From the NCBI GenBank assembly GCA_047602425.1, contig JASGHG010000001.1, positions 1,280,001 through 1,344,000 of the forward strand: a stretch of 64,000 bases of DNA, in the 5' to 3' direction. Below the pieces are notes generated by a model. It worked only from the letters and a program-made list of their open reading frames with translations, searched no databases and was not told the DNA's origin. The position numbers and the translations under genes are program-made. This document shows, one piece after another, positions 60,401 to 64,000 of the stretch (positions within the stretch are counted from its first letter, which is position 1; every line of letters starts with the position of its first letter). Source of the DNA: Nibricoccus sp. GTDB taxonomy: Bacteria; Verrucomicrobiota; Verrucomicrobiia; Opitutales; Opitutaceae.

Positions 60401-61859
60401 CTCCGCCGAATCTCTTCTCACCGTCCTCAATGACATTCTCGATTTCTCCAAGATCGAAGCCGGCAAGCTCCAGTTCGACACCGCCGACTTCGATCTCGCC
60501 GAAACAGTTGAAATCAGCCTCGAACTTCTTGCCGCCCGCGCCGCCGAAAAACGCATCGAGCTCGCCTCGTATCTTCCGCACGGACTCCCGCGTTTTCTCC
60601 GCGGCGACCCCGGACGAATCGGCCAGGTCCTCGTCAATCTCGTCGGTAACGCCATCAAGTTCACTGCCCATGGCGAGGTCACCGTCGCCGTCGCGGTCGA
60701 AAATGAAAATGAGCACGACGTCCGCCTGCTTTTCGAGATCACCGACACCGGCACCGGCATAGATCCGTCCGTGCTCGAAACGCTTTTCCAGCCCTTCAAA
60801 CAGGCCGACAGCTCGACCACCCGCAAATTCGGCGGCACCGGCCTGGGACTGGCCATCAGCAAACAGATCGTCAACCTCATGGACGGTCAGATCGGCGTCC
60901 GCAGTACGCTCGGCAAGGGTTCCACCTTCTGGTTTACCATCCACCTTAACAAACAACCGGGCCGAACCAACCGCAACCTCACGCCAGCACCAAGCTCCCC
61001 GCTCGCCAGTGCCCGGATTCTGATCGTCGACGACAACGCCACCACGCGCAAAATCCTCCACCAATACACCACCGGTTGGAATTTGCGCTCCGAAGTCGCG
61101 ACCTCCGCCGCCACCGCCCTCGTCCTCATGCGCGCCGCCGCGACCGCTGGCGACCCCTACAAACTCGTACTCGTCGATTACAGGATGCCCGACGTGGATG
61201 GCCTGCAACTCATCCATGAAATTCAACGCGACATCTCCCTCGCCGAATCGCGCCTCATCCTCCTGACAACTTGGGACTGCCGCTTCAGCCGCGACGAGCT
61301 CACGCAACACGGCGTTTCGCGCATGCTCGTCAAACCCGTCCGCCAGCAGGACCTGTACGAAGCGCTTCAGAAATGCATGCGGTATGGTTCGGTTTCCTCC
61401 GCCGGGCTCTCCCGCAACCCACCCTCGGCATTCGACACCGATCCGACCGAGCACACCCCTTACAAAACCCGTCCGCTACGCATCCTCGTCGCCGAGGATA
61501 ACGTCGTTAACCAGCGCGTCTCCCGCATGCAGCTCAAAAACCTCGGTCATTCCGTGGACATCGCCGCTCACGGCCTTGAGGTTCTCGAACTGATCGAGCG
61601 CAACGAATACGACGTTATTTTCATGGATTGCCAGATGCCCGAGCTCGACGGTTACGATACCACCCGCCGTATTCGAAAACACGCTACACAATCCCACCTG
61701 CGCATCGTCGCCATGACCGCCAACGCCATGCAGGGCGACCGCGAGCGTTGCATCGAGGCCGGCATGGACGACTACGTCACCAAGCCCACCCGCCCCGACG
61801 ATCTCGCCAACGCCCTTCAGCGCTGTCAGGACGCCCTCGACACCCATCCACCCACCTAA
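57480..61859 (+). CDS. Hybrid sensor histidine kinase (repeated extracytoplasmic OB-like modules, TM, PAS, HisKA, HATPase, two REC domains)
   Basis: Motifs FLANMSHEIRTPMNG, NAIKFT, DTGTGI, GGTGLGL, ILIVDDN/LVDYRMP and ILVAEDN/FMDCQMP. Confidence 0.95.
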   Translation: MFSRFLLTRVVRPSSHAAYVGVFLRCMTLAILLLSIFSGIPVAAQDDKISDGATPAKIVTSMREFWGTPIELRQVPQRLRIEIDIVYYDPEWKMIWGRCQGEGYYMSAGDRTFLFRAGQRILAEGPMIPTEGPSLANAQVTILGDTPPATPAVATDEIGNIAKFQKSVVSLEGYVQRLTRTDEHHVSVDILCNNILVNCVTPVSNQDITPNLVDSLVRVTGFYHAKTDASGQLAQLEMWVPRLSNYEPTGSIVDEPRFAKPPVTTVENLLHAPAGQPVLVRGVVHEFIAGKSVSVRDATGQVKILTRQTRYLSPGTTIEAVGLPSLVGTNWALSDGFYRIVSFAPGTQDSVDGVIRLAEQVLALNPELAATGQSVKIRGAVSWIRGSADYIYLQDATAGIRVNLPPKFKPSRGMMNSLMEVSGKTMRGNFAPEIVADQIVALGPSTLATPRPITLEHALTGVDESQLVELTGYLRAVKHEGNWSELSLTSATGEFVVRLPLYEEISKLVGSTVRATGVCVAQTNDRRELTGIALLASSQDDIKVEEPAPADLFDIPNRTISSLLLYSPIQAFNRRVRITGQVIHHAPGRYLHIQDGLSGMLVLSRGTDPLKPGDHVEISGLPGRDANRLVLREAVYRRLKPGAEPAPTPLPVSSRIIKDLDGQLVTVQGHVLESNHDKEENSLLLQNSATTFTARLENAKPLTTPTGAEIKITGVYQVDFDEYRQPRSFYIRLRTPADISILKNPAWWTTGRALLAVGLLLGVVLLSFTWLSILRRRVQQQTDRIREQLEKQAILEARHSDIVEHASDFIFTLDTTGRFTSFNSAGERITGYSRDEALSLNIRDLIAPDHAGEPLPIFGLQAELDGIVNFQTRFKTKDNRLIWIETNARVIRQHGQPPGILGVARDITDRKQIEEDLLRARDAAEANTRAKSAFLANMSHEIRTPMNGVIGMSNLLLNTRLSEEQRDFADAIRHSAESLLTVLNDILDFSKIEAGKLQFDTADFDLAETVEISLELLAARAAEKRIELASYLPHGLPRFLRGDPGRIGQVLVNLVGNAIKFTAHGEVTVAVAVENENEHDVRLLFEITDTGTGIDPSVLETLFQPFKQADSSTTRKFGGTGLGLAISKQIVNLMDGQIGVRSTLGKGSTFWFTIHLNKQPGRTNRNLTPAPSSPLASARILIVDDNATTRKILHQYTTGWNLRSEVATSAATALVLMRAAATAGDPYKLVLVDYRMPDVDGLQLIHEIQRDISLAESRLILLTTWDCRFSRDELTQHGVSRMLVKPVRQQDLYEALQKCMRYGSVSSAGLSRNPPSAFDTDPTEHTPYKTRPLRILVAEDNVVNQRVSRMQLKNLGHSVDIAAHGLEVLELIERNEYDVIFMDCQMPELDGYDTTRRIRKHATQSHLRIVAMTANAMQGDRERCIEAGMDDYVTKPTRPDDLANALQRCQDALDTHPPT

Positions 61860-61964
61860 GTTTTGGCCGTTTCCTAGGAAGACGGCGCCCACCGTCGCCC
61901 CCGCCGACTCGAAATCCGCAGCTTCGGCCGGTAGGTGACAAAAATCCCCCTCTTGATTTTTTCC

Positions 61965-61992
61965 AGAGCCCGCTACAATGGCGGGCTCTTTT
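61965..61992 (+). terminator. Hairpin plus T-run after the kinase gene, with TACAAT in the loop
   Basis: AGAGCCCGC-TACAATG-GCGGGCTCT followed by TTT. Confidence 0.55.
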
Positions 61993-62012
61993 CATTTACA
62001 ACCATCCCAACC

Positions 62013-63860
62013 ATGTCGACCGCCACTCCTCAAAAGTTCGAGTTCCAAACCGAGATCAAGCAACTCCTCGATATCGTCATCCACTCGCTCTACACGGAGA
62101 AAGAAATCTTCGTGCGCGAGCTGGTCTCCAACGCCTCCGATGCCTTGGAAAAACTCCGTCACATCCAGTTGACGGAAAAGGAAATCTTCGACGACAAGCT
62201 CGACCTCGAAATTAACATCATCACCGACGACAAAGCGAAGACGATCACGATTCAGGACTTCGGTCTCGGCATGTCGCGCGCCGAGCTCATCGAAAATCTT
62301 GGCACCATCGCCCACTCCGGTTCGAAGGCCTTCCTCAAAGCCCTTGGCGAATCCGGTCAGAAAAATGCCAACCTCATCGGCCAGTTCGGCGTTGGCTTTT
62401 ACTCGGCCTTCATGGTCGCGAAATCGGTGAAAGTTTATTCGCATTCCTGGCGCGCCAGCGAACCCGGCCACGTCTGGACCAGCGATGGCTCTGGCACCTA
62501 CGAAATCGAACCAAGCGAAGGCGAACGCCGCGGCACCAAGATCGTCATCGAGCTCAAGGACGAATGCGCCGAATTCGCCCAGGATTCGAAGATCAAAGAA
62601 ATTTTGGAGCGTTACAGCGCGTTCGTCTCTCATCCCATCAATCTCAACGCAAAACGCATCAACACGATCCAGGCCCTCTGGCTCCGCAACAAAAACGAGA
62701 TCAAGGACGAGGAATACACCGAGTTCTACAAGTTCCAAGCCCACGCCTACGACGAGCCGCGCCTTCGCCTGCATTTCAGCGCCGACGCCCCGCTGTCGAT
62801 CAACGCCCTTCTTTTCGTGCCGAAGGAAAACCCGGAGCGTTTCGGCCTCATGCGTGCCGAACCAAGCGTTTCGCTCTATTGCCGCAAGGTCATGATCGAC
62901 GCCAAACCGAAGGATCTCCTCCCCGAGTGGCTGCGTTTCCTCAAGGGCGTTGTCGATAGCGAGGATCTCCCCCTCAACATCTCGCGCGAGACGATGCAGG
63001 ACAAAGCCCTCATCGAAAAACTGAACAAGGTCATTACAAAACGCTTCCTGAAATTCCTCGAAGAGGAAGCAAAGAACCGAGTCGATGCCTACAACGAATT
63101 CTACTCGCAGTTCGGCATTTTCCTGAAGGAGGGCGCCGCGATGGATTTCACCCACAAGGAGCAGATCACGAAGCTGCTCCGCTTCGAGTCGTCGCTCACC
63201 GAAAAAGGCAAAACGACGTCGCTCGCCGACTACGTTTCGCGCATGCAGAGCGAACAGAAGGAAATTTATTACCTCATCGGCGCCAGCCGCGAATCGATCG
63301 AGAACGGTCCGTATCTCGAAGGTTTCAAGGCCCGCAATCTCGAAGTCCTCTTCTGCTACGAGTCGGTCGACGAATACGTGATGAACAATGTCCGCGAATT
63401 CGACGGCAAAAAATTGACCGCCGCCGATCACGCCGACGTGAAGCTCTCCGATATTCCTCAACAAACCGAAGGCGCGCTCAGCGAAACCGAAACCAAATCC
63501 TTGGTGGAATTTCTTAAAAAATCCCTCGAGGCCCGCGGCGTCGCGGAGGTCAAGGCCAGCGACCGTCTGGTCGACTCGCCCGCGCTCGCCCTCAACGCCG
63601 ACAAATTCATGTCGCCCCACATGCGCCGCATGATGAAGGCCATGAACAAGGACGGCGCCAACACTCCTCTCCGCGTGAACCTCGAAATCAATTCGCGCCA
63701 CGCCGTCATCAAACGCCTCGCCGCCGCCCAAACCGCCTCGCCCGAAAAAGCCGCGCTCATCGCCGAGCAAATCCTCGACAATGCCCTCATTTCCGCCGGC
63801 CTGCTCGAAGATGCCACTGCGATGGTAAAGCGCCTCTACAAGCTGCTGGAAACGGTCTAA
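62013..63860 (+). CDS. htpG: Molecular chaperone HtpG (Hsp90)
   Basis: Motifs FQTEIKQLL..IHSLY, RELVSNASDA, NLGTIAHSGS, IGQFGVGFYSAF and DLPLNISRE. Confidence 0.98.
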   Translation: MSTATPQKFEFQTEIKQLLDIVIHSLYTEKEIFVRELVSNASDALEKLRHIQLTEKEIFDDKLDLEINIITDDKAKTITIQDFGLGMSRAELIENLGTIAHSGSKAFLKALGESGQKNANLIGQFGVGFYSAFMVAKSVKVYSHSWRASEPGHVWTSDGSGTYEIEPSEGERRGTKIVIELKDECAEFAQDSKIKEILERYSAFVSHPINLNAKRINTIQALWLRNKNEIKDEEYTEFYKFQAHAYDEPRLRLHFSADAPLSINALLFVPKENPERFGLMRAEPSVSLYCRKVMIDAKPKDLLPEWLRFLKGVVDSEDLPLNISRETMQDKALIEKLNKVITKRFLKFLEEEAKNRVDAYNEFYSQFGIFLKEGAAMDFTHKEQITKLLRFESSLTEKGKTTSLADYVSRMQSEQKEIYYLIGASRESIENGPYLEGFKARNLEVLFCYESVDEYVMNNVREFDGKKLTAADHADVKLSDIPQQTEGALSETETKSLVEFLKKSLEARGVAEVKASDRLVDSPALALNADKFMSPHMRRMMKAMNKDGANTPLRVNLEINSRHAVIKRLAAAQTASPEKAALIAEQILDNALISAGLLEDATAMVKRLYKLLETV

Positions 63861-63884
63861 ACGACATAAGTTTTCGCAAAACTC

Positions 63885-63919
63885 AGCCGACAAACTTTCC
63901 GGACGTTTGTCGGCTTTTT
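63885..63919 (+). terminator. Intrinsic terminator after htpG
   Basis: Stem AGCCGACAAAC/GTTTGTCGGCT followed by TTTT. Confidence 0.88.
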
Positions 63920-64000
63920 ATTGTTTATAAATATGTTGGCTCATCAGCCATATTTTTAACTTGCAGTATGGCTCCACAGCCATACGCTCAGCCTTGTTAT

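Noticed and set aside
61992..63893. 633-aa antisense ORF over htpG
   Set aside because: Shadow ORF caused by biased codon usage in a highly expressed GC-rich gene; no protein motifs.
1..64000. Prophage, transposase, defence island or rRNA genes
   Set aside because: No integrase, transposase, phage structural, cas, restriction-modification or rRNA signatures were recognised.

Overview
This is a GC-rich bacterial chromosomal window. Gene style and intergenic palindromes suggest Verrucomicrobiota, probably Opitutaceae, but that is inference. It holds about 50 CDSs. Housekeeping genes include a partial CoaD-CoaE fusion, mnmA, scpA, a frameshifted trxA, menA, an LptF/G permease and htpG. There is a LysR-pirin-WrbA redox module, an Mla/PqiC-type ABC system and a polyamine ABC transporter in the order potC-D-B-A. 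Carbohydrate-active genes include GH39, GH59, GH13, GH106, an unclassified six-hairpin-like glycosidase and esterases. Two secreted multidomain proteins carry poly-Ser linkers and a shared C-terminal 'GAPx[IL]WF-hydrophobic-basic' tail. A multi-TM patatin/cPLA2-like protein, an HDOD protein and a large hybrid histidine kinase are also present. I found no rRNA, complete tRNA, CRISPR array, transposase or prophage. The most interesting signals are non-coding: a structured RNA candidate at about 51.65-51.78 kb, a 117-bp tandem repeat whose units end in a 7-bp stem plus ACCA, and several families of miniature palindromic intergenic elements. All calls come from reading motifs by eye; no searches were run.
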